Shown here piece by piece: positions 35,109-48,506 of a DNA stretch of 59,740 nt. The position numbers and the translations under genes are program-made. Origin of the DNA: Polymyxa betae A26-41 (lineage: Eukaryota; Protista; Endomyxa: Phytomyxea); NCBI GenBank assembly GCA_003693705.1, contig RBZT01000583.1:1-59740 (forward strand), read 5' to 3'. How positions within the stretch are numbered: position 1 is the stretch's first letter; each line of letters opens with the position of its first letter. The notes below the pieces were generated by a model. The model was not told the DNA's origin. It saw only the letters and a program-made list of their open reading frames with translations, and did not search any database.

Positions 35109-35234
35109 CGACATCTGTTTCGACCTGCCCACTCACAAGATGGGTGTGTAGGACTGTGACTCGAAGATATACCAAACATGAATCTTGGTTCACTGCTTTC
35201 TCGGCTTTTATATATCATCAAAAAACGAAGTTGT

Positions 35235-36752
35235 TCATTGAGACACCGACACCCTATCATCCTTTCTTCTAAGGCTCTTGATGAACTGCAATGTTCTGGA
35301 GATAGTGACAGAAAATATCGATAAGAAGTATGGAGCATAAACAGCATACACATGCTCATCTGGAAAGTACAGTAACGGCAGCATCGTTTCGTCGAAGAAC
35401 GCTGAATGTGCTGCAATATATCCATCAAGACACAGATCATATGCTTTATCGTAGAGACCACTCTGCATATTCTGCATACAACGGTCCAAATTTGAAACCG
35501 CCTGTTCTATTAACTTACCAACATGAGGTTGGACTGGGAGCTGGAGATTCTCATCCAGCAGGCGCATCAATGCGTGTAGCTTATCGTAACCGGCATGATA
35601 GTTCTGCTGCAAACGTTGCCTTTGAATCAGCCCAACTTCCCAATCGGCTACGCCAACATTAGAAAAGATCTGCCGAGCCGTTTTCAGGTCCTGGAATGAC
35701 CATAGCGGATCCGGGAATCCCAGCAGCATCCGGATCTGGGCCAGCACAACCGGCATCACCAAGTCGAAGTCTTCTGCGCTAGCATTGAGCTTTGCAAGTG
35801 AGTTTCCGATTGTTAAACCACCCCATCGCGGAATGCAAAACGCCATGGTGTTCTTATAATCAGATTGGATTAGTAGGGGCGAATGTTTCGATAGAGGAAT
35901 GTAAATAAAGAAATGCAGAGCTGGATGCGATGGTGTATGAATCGATTCAACATTCCATTTAGTTCGGCCCATGAAACCTTCAAGCTGTGCCTGGGTCAGA
36001 AATGTCGACCCATCTTCGCCGATTTGGACATGATCAGCGATATCAGCATAGTATATAATCTGGGAGTCGATTCTGGTACTAAATATTGGGCGAATTCTTT
36101 GAAGGAATGGCTGCAGGTATTCGTTGATAACCTGTTTAAAATTCCATTCAATGTTAGCCTCTTCTGGGTCTTCGACCAGAACAGAGAAAGATAGCAGATA
36201 ATTTTTCTGTGATTGAATTTGTACAGGCCTGTTATGCGCTGCATCATGAACCATCCGACTGAATACAGATAGAGAATCAGCTATCCAGCTGTCTTCATCA
36301 AGCTGTCCTTGTACAGACCAGGCATGGCTGAACTGACCCAATACGACACTATTTTCCTGACCGGTATCACCTAGAAAGAACCAGCTGATTCCAGTTTCGA
36401 ACGAGAATTGTGTCAAAAAAGAGTCAACAGAATTGTCTTCAAACTCATTTAGCTGAATTTGTTGAAAAGCGCAGTGGATAGTGTCATTCTTCCCTTGAAC
36501 TTTCGAAAAGTTGAATTTTAGTTTTTGACAGAATTGCTCGTTGGAGTCTGGATCGGTCTTCGACCGAGATATAATAGCATAAATATCGTCAGGTTCCGGA
36601 GACCATGATTCTGGGCGACTAATTTGGGGAAGTGGAACACGCTCGACCCGAGAAGTGAGCAGATGGGCAGCGTAGCAGAAGATGAAATAAATGAGGAATG
36701 TGGCCAGAATACCAATAGATGATAAAGAGACCTTCCTTTGATTAGACGACAT
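35235..36752 (-). CDS. PIGS: GPI transamidase subunit PIG-S (Gpi17), single exon
   Basis: N-terminal TM, IDSQIIYYA, LHFFIYIP...PLLI, AFCIPRWGG, QIRMLLG, AFFDETMLPLLYFPDEHVYAVYAP. Confidence 0.93.
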   Translation of the reverse strand: MSSNQRKVSLSSIGILATFLIYFIFCYAAHLLTSRVERVPLPQISRPESWSPEPDDIYAIISRSKTDPDSNEQFCQKLKFNFSKVQGKNDTIHCAFQQIQLNEFEDNSVDSFLTQFSFETGISWFFLGDTGQENSVVLGQFSHAWSVQGQLDEDSWIADSLSVFSRMVHDAAHNRPVQIQSQKNYLLSFSVLVEDPEEANIEWNFKQVINEYLQPFLQRIRPIFSTRIDSQIIYYADIADHVQIGEDGSTFLTQAQLEGFMGRTKWNVESIHTPSHPALHFFIYIPLSKHSPLLIQSDYKNTMAFCIPRWGGLTIGNSLAKLNASAEDFDLVMPVVLAQIRMLLGFPDPLWSFQDLKTARQIFSNVGVADWEVGLIQRQRLQQNYHAGYDKLHALMRLLDENLQLPVQPHVGKLIEQAVSNLDRCMQNMQSGLYDKAYDLCLDGYIAAHSAFFDETMLPLLYFPDEHVYAVYAPYFLSIFSVTISRTLQFIKSLRRKDDRVSVSQ

Positions 36753-37209
36753 CACTCATATTTCATAATGAAACTAATTGTTATGAAATCTGTTACAGGG
36801 CTGCTCATTATCATAAGTAATAAATACCGAGGCTGCTCTAGTAATATTTTCAGTAGATTATCAAATAGAGCATTGGTGGAGTTGGGCCTTTTCAAATATC
36901 CTACTACGGTAGATTGATTGAAGACGAATCAGTTACTAAGTTTTAAGTTCGTTACCATTAAAAGCATAGATGCGTTTCCCCAAAAAATTTCGAAATGAAA
37001 TTGAAATCGTGAGAAGGTATCAGGAAAATAACCGCAGGTAAGAATCCATTGAATTTGGGGTTATTAGGTAGAGATTTTCATTATTGGCTGTTTTGATAGC
37101 TAATAAAATGACGCGTTTGGTTCTAAATTTCAGTGACTGTGATTTACATTTCAGATAAATGGTCACATTAATTCACTTTGTGTCATCATCATTAATATAG
37201 AACCTGTCC

Positions 37210-38641
37210 ATGTCGGTAGTCAATTGGCCTCGTCTTGCCCCTTTTCAGGTTTTTACAGTCCTTCTAATAACGTTCTACTGGTTCAAACCTATTCAGGTCC
37301 CTCTTCAACGTCGTCTACAGACTTTGGCTGTGCTCTTCTGGTTTCTACTAATCTGTCTGCCACCAATCGTCTCTTTTATCATCGTTGCGTTCGGCTCCAA
37401 CTTTATTCGATGCTGTTTTTTGCTGTATATATCGTGGATCATGTTTTTACAAAGATTCCAGAGCACAGGTGCGCTTCGATCCGGCGTATTTCGGCGATGG
37501 TTTGTTTGGAAATATTTCGCCGCTTATTTCCCCATCAGCATGGTTAAAACTGCCGAACTCGATCCACACAAATCTTACATCTTTGGTAATGCCTTCTGTC
37601 GGTTTTTAATGGACTGGCTATCAATGTTGTCCAGGTGTTCATCCTCATGGCATTATTGGTGTTTCAGCGTTCGCTACGTTTGGAACCGAGGCGCTTTCGT
37701 TCTCAGAACAGTTTCCTGCAATTATTCCCCATTTGTTGACTCTGGCCACTAATTTTCGCATGCCGTTCCTGGGTATATTTCTAGGTTTACTTGGCATTTG
37801 TGACGCCAGCAAACAGACCTGTCTAACGATTTTGGGACGTGGGTCTGGACAATCGATTGCCGTTGTGGTCGGTGGAGCACGAGAGGTTTCGTAGAGTTCT
37901 GCTGGGGATTTAACTCACTAACATAAAGCTTAGGCATTAGATGCTCGACCTGGTACATGTGATTTAACTTTAACCAGGAGAAAAGGGTCAGTTGGGGTTT
38001 TGCTTTTCTTGTTATCTCTCTTTGGTGTCCAATGATCAGTTGTGAGTTTTAGGCATTTACTTACAATCTGCTTACAGAGAAACCTCCACTGTCTTTTGCT
38101 TTCTTTGATTTATTTTACAATATCTTGAATGCTGATCTGGAGGATCAGCTTTATAAAACTGGCACTTGAAACCGGATCCTCCCTGGTTCCAGTGTTCTCA
38201 TTCGGTGAGGTCGATATTTATAACCAAGTCAGTAATCCACAAGGCTCTCTTCTACGAAAAATTCAAGAGTGGGTCTTAGAATTTTTTGGCTTCACAACTC
38301 CATTAGTGAAAGGTTGACTGCTTCAGTTATCTAACTCTGCAGAATATTTATTCATTACAGGTCGTGGCATCTTCAATTATGATGTTGGTGTTCTACCACA
38401 ACGTCGTTCAATCTGCGTCGTTATCGGTAGCCCAATTGCTGTAAATAAGGTTAAGATAAATAGAATAACATTGGTGTATTATTTTTTGTCTGAAATTTTG
38501 TAGGTGGAACGTGATGTCATTACTCAAGCGATGATTGACGACCTTCACAACCAATATGTCTTATCGCTTCGTCAAATTTATGAGCAATATAAGGACAAGT
38601 ACGCTCCGAATCAATCATCATCTTTTCGCGTGGTTCAATAA
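37210..38641 (+). CDS. DGAT2: Diacylglycerol O-acyltransferase type 2 (DGAT2/MOGAT family), multi-exon
   Basis: RRLQTLAV, YFPISMVKTAELDP, FGVHPHGIIG, VVVGGAREAL, RRKGFIKLAL, LVPVFSFGE, GRGIFNY, VIGSPI. Confidence 0.93.
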
Positions 38642-38790
38642 AATCGCCGACGATTTTTGAAGGATGTCGATGCCGTTCTAGAATGGAGATACCAGGTCAC
38701 CATTTAGATACACACTGTTAGGAATTCTACTCTGTGCAGGTTGCCGACCTCATTTCGCACAAAAAATGTTTTGCTAAGGCCGTCATTAGA

Positions 38791-39196
38791 ATGTCGAACC
38801 GGCCGGCTCTCAGATCGGCATCTGAATCGAGTGAATCCAGCGCCGAGACCAGGACCGTTCAATCCGGTCGCTTCCAGGTCTCAGATCTAATCGCCCCGGA
38901 ATCATCAAGGGCACTTACTGCACTACAAACAACCGTGTCTGGGCGCTTTCAGATTGCTGACATTTCGGCGGCACCGGCTTCGCCACCGGAACAGCAAATT
39001 GCTAATCAAAGCAGGAGAGGATCGATATCGAGTGACCCGTTGCAATTGCTGGTAATATGGATCTATTATTATCGGCTTGTTACCAAGTCTGTTCATTTAG
39101 TCACTATTGCATCATCGGATAAAGGCACTTTTAGAAGAAAACCGCAAGCTGAAGGAAGAAAACGCCGAATTTAGACGTCAGATAGCAGAGCGATAA
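38791..39196 (+). CDS. Small protein with two RFxV/I motifs and a C-terminal leucine zipper (TSC22-like), 2 exons
   Basis: Exon 1 (38791-39051) contains SGRFQV and SGRFQI. A GT-AG intron at 39052-39100 leads to exon 2, SLLHHRIKALLEENRKLKEENAEFRRQIAER*. Confidence 0.65.
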
Positions 39197-39640
39197 TCGA
39201 CACGATCGAATAATTATTTAACAAAACACAAATAGATGTCATGATTTGATACTGTGATGGTTAGAGACGAGCGAGACTGACCGAACCCATAGCAATGGAT
39301 GGAGTTATGATGAGGTGGGAGTTGTAAGTCGTATTAGTGTATGCGTGACTTGTCTTGATGGGTGTAAAGTATTCATATCAATATATGCCTTATACACATA
39401 CAAGTCAAGTAGAGCATGGTATTGGAGTGATATATGGTGATCCAGAGAGTATAGGTCGGGTAATGAAGGCATCCTCTGCCAGAAGTCGGGGACCCGTGTC
39501 CCAGTGTGATTAGCGTTACCGGCTCATACCGGCATATCCAGTGGGATCTTGTGGGGACCCAAATTTAACACCCTCAAGTTCAAGCCTGGGTAACGGTTGG
39601 CCCACACGTCCCTCCTTGACTCATAACTTTATTGGAGATC

Positions 39641-40192
39641 ATGGAAAAGAAGACAAATCGCTCGATGGACTCCAGTGCGACCACATACAGCTCTAGCGAC
39701 CAACTCAAAGGTGGAAGATTACGATGGACGGCTCGTGACGTTATGAATCTCATGATGGGCGTCTCAAAATACGGCCATGCCTGGTCCACCATCATCAAAC
39801 AATATGACTTCCGCGGTCGTAATGCCAAAGCCATCAGTGATAAGTTCTACTCGATTGCTGGCAAAGGCGACCGCAGATCGGTGTATTCAAAAGAAGAGGA
39901 AGAGCGTCTCATACAGGGTGTGAAACGATTCGGATGCAGAAGTTGGAGAAAAATCAGAGAGCTAACGGATGAAGATCTAGCTGAAGATCAAGTACATCCC
40001 GGAAAAAGGAGTCGACTTGACGTCGAGGACCAGTACGACTACCATTCTGATCGGGATGAAGATATGGAAAGCGAAGGCGAAATGGAAAATGACAATGAGG
40101 ACAGGCAACAAGAACGATTTCATCGGTTTCAGCAGCTGTTGTTGGCTGTAGCCGCTGAACAATTAGTTAGAGGCGAGGGCGTAACATGTTGA
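39641..40192 (+). CDS. Myb/SANT (telobox-like) domain protein with a second partial repeat and acidic tail, intronless
   Basis: RLRWTARDVMNLMMGVSKYGHAWSTIIKQYDFRGRNAKAISDKF and YSKEEEERLIQGVKRFGCRSWRKI. Confidence 0.8.
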   Translation: MEKKTNRSMDSSATTYSSSDQLKGGRLRWTARDVMNLMMGVSKYGHAWSTIIKQYDFRGRNAKAISDKFYSIAGKGDRRSVYSKEEEERLIQGVKRFGCRSWRKIRELTDEDLAEDQVHPGKRSRLDVEDQYDYHSDRDEDMESEGEMENDNEDRQQERFHRFQQLLLAVAAEQLVRGEGVTC

Positions 40193-40537
40193 TTTAATAT
40201 TCGCTGTACATATGTAAAAGTCATCTATTATTCTAGAGTCATGGTGGATAAAGTACTTGGACCTGATCCTGTACCAGGGACTCATATCTTCACTATCACT
40301 TTTATTAACTAAATATATCCTACAAATTAGCTATTCGCAATGTACATCAAGTGTGCAGTTAACATCAATTTCAAATACTCTACTGAAGGTAAAGTTTCAT
40401 TCTAAACAATGCAGTTCCAAATTTATAGAGCAATGGCTAAAATCGGAAAAAGGTTAATTTCGTCAGATAGGTCACTTTGGAGAAAGATGTTGGATGCGGA
40501 AGCCGCAGCGGAGTGCGACAGCGTCAAAATTTGATTC

Positions 40538-41116
40538 ATGGCGGGTGAACTCGACGAACACCAGCAACGTCAAGTGCAGCAGTTCTTGCTGGAACAGCAG
40601 CAACAGCAGGCCATGCAGCAGATCATCTCCAAGATTACAGATACATGTACTGATACTTGCAGTTCCTGGGACCGCCAATGCCTCGCCAATTGTACCCTTC
40701 GGTATCTTGATACCAGGTATAGACGTTTGATCGATTGTTTCATACTTAATTTTGTCGATTTTGAATTGTAATCGCCTTTTGTCCTTGAATTCATGTCACC
40801 TACTCTTCACAATTTTCTGGTGAGTTAGATTTGTGTAATGAAACTACTATGTTTATGCCTTGTTTTTCGACTTCAAGTTTTTTTGCACATTATCCACTCT
40901 ATCTATTTATTCCAATCGCAATCAATTTCATATTTTGAATCTGGCCACTTTGAAGTGCAATTTTAATGGGCTGTTTTTTCCAGCTGTCTCTTACGCTTCT
41001 ACGAAATTTTCGGTTTTCTCATTTTAAATGTTTCTGTTAGTTTCATTATTTAATCGCTATCTTAACATCCGTATAGTGCATTTGTAATGAACCATCTAGT
41101 GAAGAAGGGCACCTAA
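40538..41116 (+). CDS. TIM8: Small Tim chaperone (Tim8-like, twin CX3C), 2 exons
   Basis: QVQQFLLEQQQQQAMQQIISKITDTCTDTC...CLANCTLRYLDT spliced to SAFVMNHLVKKGT*. Confidence 0.8.
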
Positions 41117-41298
41117 ATCGCTTCACATTATTACAATGTTACGTATATACAAGGACGTGAGTTTGAATATGTTCTGTTTCTCTATGACTCGATGTATGAA
41201 TATAATACTGTACAATGTGTGTACTAAAGGGCTGCCCCTACCCCTCTTACTACCAGTATCTTTATATCCACCATACAGTACAATATTTTTCCAATGTT

Positions 41299-43860
41299 AT
41301 GAGTAGAGCCTTAGCACGAACTATCTCATATCGGTTCGACATCAACGACCTGGTCGTTACCCTAAGCGACAATAACAATGTCGCTTCACTCTCTGTAGAC
41401 TGGCAATGTGGACGCCATTCAACTAAGACGCCATTGACGCCGATATCTAGCGGCCGCTTTCGAATCGATCAAGCCATTTCTCTTATCTGCTCTATCAAGC
41501 AAAACAAATCCCGAATGGCGACACTGACCGTAATCGATCCAAAACAGCAGCGCCCTTTTGGTCGAGTTGAAATCGACCTGGCCGAGCTGTGTAGAACGAA
41601 TTCGCAGCCGTTCCTAACTCGAGACTATCGCTTAGGTCAATGTGTTGATACAAATGCGACTATGACGATTCGAATCACGACTGAGGCTTTGGCCGGCGAT
41701 AACGACAAGTTCTCTGTTGATGGCGATTTTGCCGTTGAACTTCAACAGCAATTGCAAGATGAGCGTCGTGTGAAACAGGAACTTATATCGCAGGTTGATG
41801 ATCTAACGGCAAGATTGTTTCAAGAGACATTGCGTTATGAAGAGATTCTAAAGAAAACAACATCAGAGCAGCAAAACCAGGTCGCTTCGTTAAGCCAATC
41901 TTCGGAAGGCGAGATTCGTTTATTGCGTCAGAAGTTGTTGGATCAAAAGGTACGGTTTGAGGCACGAGCTCAGGACGATGCTCAACGCATTCGCAACGAG
42001 GAGTCGAAGGCCCGCGAGCTCCTCCGACAACAAATGGAGAAATTTCAAGAAACAATTGTTGATCTCGAGACCCGAAACAAAGATGCTGATTCGAACTCGG
42101 CTCGTTATCGAGAGGAAGCTGAAAGACTACGTAAAGAGCTGAATGAGTTTGCAAAGAAGAAGGGAAAGAACGATGATAACGAGATTGTGTCAGTTAAGGA
42201 CAAAATATTCGGACGGCGTGTGTTGAAGAAGGGCGTTGATGATGATGTGAAGTTAAATTCCGATCAGGATGGTGTCGACCTTATTCTGTTGGAGAAGCTC
42301 GTGAAGACGATGAAGTTGCAACAAATTGACCTGATTCAAAAACAGCGGGCCAAAAGCATTTCTGAAATGGCCAAGAATAGGGCTGTCGCTCAACAACCGC
42401 CACCACAGACGTCAGCGCCAGTCGTTGCTGAGACAGACGAGAAGATCGTAGCACTGAAGAATGAGCTCAAGGCGGCTCAGGAGCAAGCTGATACCCAGGC
42501 TAAAAAGGCCAAGATGGCAGAATCAAGCAAATTAATGGCCTTAAAGCAATTAGAACTTGAGAAGAAATGGAGGGAGACATTACAAAAGCAGATTGATGGA
42601 GGTGGTTCTGCTTCAGGCAGTGACTCTGGCCCTGGGCCGACTTTATTATCTGAAAGCGGCCAGCCACTTGCTGAAGCGCAGAGGGAGATCGCACAGCTTA
42701 GATCGGAAATCAAAGAACTGGAACGCACCAAGACTGATGCTGTTCGCCATTTAGAAAGGGAGGTAAACCGCCTTCAGGATGAGTTGAGGAGCGCTGGCGG
42801 CGCTAAAGATGGCGAACTGCAACGAGTGCGGACGTCCCTTTATAAATCGCAGGAGGATGCCGAGGCTTTGCAACGAAGTTATGATGCAGTGCAGGGTGAC
42901 CTTCGGAAACTTCAGATGGAGTTAGAAATGAACGCCAAGCAAGTTCAAGTCGAACAACGTTGGCGTCAACAGCTTCAGCAGCAGCTTGATGATATCGGTC
43001 GCGAACGCGCCGATGATGATGCCCAGCTGGAGTCACTGAAAGCGGAAGCCGCCTCCAGCGAACTGAAATGGGTGCAAGCCGAATCTAACTTGAGCCAGTT
43101 ACGCGTACAGATCGCTGATCTTCAGCAGCAACTGGAGCACAGCCGTGCAGTTGCTGCTAGTACTGCTCCTGCTGATATGATACATGCTGTAAAGAAAGAG
43201 CGAGATCTGTTACTGGACCGGGCACAATCTGCAGAGTTGCGAGCAGATCAGGTGCAGAGCCAACTTGATCGTGCTAATGATCGCATAAAAGAGCTGACCT
43301 CCAACGTTTCCGATTTACGAGAGGCAAATGCAACATTGAATCGTGATCTAAAAAAGACCATGGAGCTCTCACAAACAACGGTGGCAAAAGCGTTGAAAAT
43401 GCAGCAAGCGCCAGCTTCACCAAAGGCCATGGATCGCGTTTGGGAGAGGCGTGCCAAAGATGCAGAAGAGATGCTGAAGATGGCTCAAGTTTCGTTCGCT
43501 GAGACGACCAAGATTCTGGAGGAGCGAAGTTCAATGCTGGATGAAGAATTGGTTCAAACAAGGCAGAGGCTGGTCTCGATCTCTGATGAACTTAGTCGAA
43601 AAGAAGAACATATTGAATCATTAAAGAGGAAGCTGCAAGACGGGTATAAAGAGCGTATGGACATGAACGAATACCTGAATGACCTGGAGGTTGAATTAGC
43701 CAATAATAAGGCACGATTTGTGGATACTATTGACGAAATGGGCAATCTAGAGAACGAGAATTTACGTCTCCGGGAGAAGCTGACTGTTTTAGGGATCAAA
43801 ATCACGCCTCCACAAAGATCACAACCAAGATTTACTGAAGCACAACAAGATCTACCTTAG
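41299..43860 (+). CDS. NT-C2 (EEIG1/EHBP1-type) domain + long coiled-coil protein, single exon
   Basis: YRFDINDL..LSVDWQCGRHSTKT...FGRVEIDLAEL...LGQCVDTNATMTIRI followed by about 700 aa of coiled coil. ATG 41299 preferred over 41215. Confidence 0.75.
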   Translation: MSRALARTISYRFDINDLVVTLSDNNNVASLSVDWQCGRHSTKTPLTPISSGRFRIDQAISLICSIKQNKSRMATLTVIDPKQQRPFGRVEIDLAELCRTNSQPFLTRDYRLGQCVDTNATMTIRITTEALAGDNDKFSVDGDFAVELQQQLQDERRVKQELISQVDDLTARLFQETLRYEEILKKTTSEQQNQVASLSQSSEGEIRLLRQKLLDQKVRFEARAQDDAQRIRNEESKARELLRQQMEKFQETIVDLETRNKDADSNSARYREEAERLRKELNEFAKKKGKNDDNEIVSVKDKIFGRRVLKKGVDDDVKLNSDQDGVDLILLEKLVKTMKLQQIDLIQKQRAKSISEMAKNRAVAQQPPPQTSAPVVAETDEKIVALKNELKAAQEQADTQAKKAKMAESSKLMALKQLELEKKWRETLQKQIDGGGSASGSDSGPGPTLLSESGQPLAEAQREIAQLRSEIKELERTKTDAVRHLEREVNRLQDELRSAGGAKDGELQRVRTSLYKSQEDAEALQRSYDAVQGDLRKLQMELEMNAKQVQVEQRWRQQLQQQLDDIGRERADDDAQLESLKAEAASSELKWVQAESNLSQLRVQIADLQQQLEHSRAVAASTAPADMIHAVKKERDLLLDRAQSAELRADQVQSQLDRANDRIKELTSNVSDLREANATLNRDLKKTMELSQTTVAKALKMQQAPASPKAMDRVWERRAKDAEEMLKMAQVSFAETTKILEERSSMLDEELVQTRQRLVSISDELSRKEEHIESLKRKLQDGYKERMDMNEYLNDLEVELANNKARFVDTIDEMGNLENENLRLREKLTVLGIKITPPQRSQPRFTEAQQDLP

Positions 43861-44502
43861 TTAATTTATTGTTTCTACAATACAATGGTCAAATCACGTA
43901 TGGGTGCCCTAGCCTGCCATCAGCCAGCAATTCTCCACTGAACTTCTCTCACAGACGGTACAGATTCTAAACTTATGTCTCGGGTTCGGGACGAGTTGTT
44001 TTCATCACATTTCTAGCTGCAAGTTTGGATTTCAATGAAGACAAGGCGAAGTAAGCTTGCCATTTCTCATTACTGTAGAAACTGCCAAACTTTTGTAGGG
44101 TTCTTGGTCTAGAGAGCATTTCTTAGGCTTCTAATTGTTTGTAAGATAAGGTCAATCTTGTATTGTGTTGGACGTATCACCTGGATCCAGCATTCATGGT
44201 CTTACGCATACTAAGTCAGGGAACATGGCTTACTTAGTCAATAATAAGAAAAGCAGAATATGTAAAAACAACATAAAAAACGAAGTCGACAATCAAGATG
44301 CGATCTGCTGTACTATATTCTGTAAATGTGAAAAGGCTGCGAGCCCTATCGACGTATCGTGGACGCAGCACTCCCGATATGTGGTTACTGGTTGGGGTCT
44401 GGTCGACTGGGCTGAAAAGCCCCGTCTGTATGACTACATCATTATGCATGTTAGATATCATTCAGTCTAAGTGTCTTATTGCTCTCAATTGTAATTGTCA
44501 TC

Positions 44503-46236
<1,734 letters not shown>

Positions 46237-46583
46237 TTATTCATTACCGATAATACTGTCATTATAAGACTTAACCCTCTCAGTAAAGTACGGTTTCTCT
46301 AAGCCTCCATGTTTCACATTACTTTCGAAGAAACCCATCTGCATGCATTTTTAACTCTTTGTAGATCGGACACTCAGAAGTGCGGGTGTTTAAAGCCTGA
46401 GAAATCTACCATTGTCCATCACTCTTGATTTTTACAGCCAAAGCAAAGCATTGGCGGAATTGGAGAATAAATCCAGGCGCAGCCCACCTGCTTGTAAGTG
46501 CGTCATCTTGAAGTTGAACTTGAAGACAGTTGCCGCCTCCATTGAGGCTTTCTGGCGTCCGTTATCCAGGCAGTCGACCTGCC

Positions 46584-48236
46584 ATGTCTCGTCACCTACG
46601 AACGCGAAATGTTGATAATCAGAAACGCCTCAAAGTCTACATCGTCGAGGCAGACGATGCCTGTGAACCTACAACCGAAGACCTGGTTCACATTATTGAT
46701 GCTGCTCATAGCGAGCCACGACCAGCTGGCGAAATTCCCATTCCAAATATTGTTGTCGGTACACCGATCATAGACCATTCCAATGTTCCGGGACTTTTCA
46801 AACGTCCACATCATTATATTCATTATCATCAACATTGTGGAAGCGGTGTTTATACGGGAACTCTTCTTTATGATCTTCGCGAGCATGATATGAACTGGGC
46901 TAGCATCAATAATGTTGATTTAAACCTTTTGGAAAACCTAATCACGCAATTCGAGATTGAAGCTGGTCGTCTAACACAAGATGCTGATTGCCTAGCAGTG
47001 TTTGGATTAGCTCAAGCTATACGTCTAGTACAATATGTCACTTCTGATGATATCGCCGCACGTGTGTATCAATATTGGCTTGATAGACGTCGCGTTCGAG
47101 GCAAGCCTCTCATACCTCTGTTTGAACGTCCTCCTGACTTTGATGATCCTTCACCTCATGTTGCATTTCGTGCTCGGGAGAATACACGGCGGGTATTTTT
47201 TATTTGCATTTTGTTTGTTATTCTTAACATTCGCTCATCAAAAATGCTTACTCAATTATTTTGATCAGATATGCACACGTAATCCCCGAAAGAATGATTC
47301 ACTTTCTTTCTGCAAAGTTCGCTTGTTAAAGCGTGATACGTTGAATGTTTTGCATATTCTTGATCAAATCCAGAAAAGGGAAGCACTCAAACGCAACAGG
47401 TTTAGACATTCTCTTTTCAGACTTCGTTTATCTTGACAGGTGTTTCTAGATTGCTGTTAGAAGCAGAAGAATTCGATCTTCGTCTTTCCGAGACTTCATA
47501 CGCTCGCCATCTCACATCTCTTACTGAACGTACAGTACAAGAGCAGATTATTTTCGATCATCTGAGAACAAGTCTTTGCAAATCGAACTACGAGCTGCAC
47601 GTTAAGACACCCAAGTTCGTATTGAGAACTAGTTTTAATATGTCTTGTTTTTGATTCGTTTTGTATTGCAGAACTGCACGTCCCCCTAAAAAAATTCGAC
47701 CACTTATACGGCCAACTGCTGCTGCTGCTGTTCGGGAAATTACCATGCCATCCCCTACAGCTCGGGCAGCTCCTGTACATCATCGTGCTCCAGCTCCACC
47801 GCATTTGTTCGACTTCAAATTTCCCAATTTGTCATTGTCATCAGATGAGGAAGAATCGGAACCTGAAACTGGTGAGACCTCAAGTCAGTGTAGTAGCATG
47901 TTGTATTTAATATTTTTAGAAAGTGAAATCGCCTTTATCAATATGGTGGAAAAGTATCTGCGGTCAAATACAGATGGAAAGCAGATATTGTCTAGAAGAA
48001 GTAAGCGAAAAGGGGCAGATAATGAACAGATCGGCTATGTCCAGGGTAGAACACACCGGGATGGACAGGTACTAACATATGCACTTCTTTAATTCCTTGT
48101 TATCGTCATGTTCTAGGTCTGGTTTGATCCGATTATATACGACTTCATGCTCGCGGATAGGCTGCCTAAACCCGTTGCTGCTCTACAGCAAACACCATTT
48201 CATCCGATTGCAACCAAATGCCCTGCTGTCGTATAG
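46584..48236 (+). CDS. EPL1: Enhancer of polycomb-like (EPL1/EPC, NuA4 subunit), multi-exon
   Basis: MSRHLRTRNVDNQKRL, EIPIP, FKRPHHYI, YDLREHDMNW, VYQYWLDRR...KPLIP, DDPSPHVAFRARE, TRNPRKND, IQKREALKR. Confidence 0.88.
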
Positions 48237-48506
48237 TTCTTTTTGCAAAGCCAAATATTTAATATCAACCTATTATGTGCACATGAAAAATTTCAAATAT
48301 AAGCCATCTATATACAGCTTAAGATCCCTTGAACAAAGGGCTAGTATCTGACGTTGATATGATGCCGAGATGCATCTCAGCTGTCACAAGTACGGTAGCT
48401 GAATATGTGACGTGTACGGGGTCGTGTTGTTGTGTTGTTAAGTCATAGACGCATAGTGCGATAAAGTCAAAGATAGATTGCCAGACTTTCTGTATCTATT
48501 CTGGCA

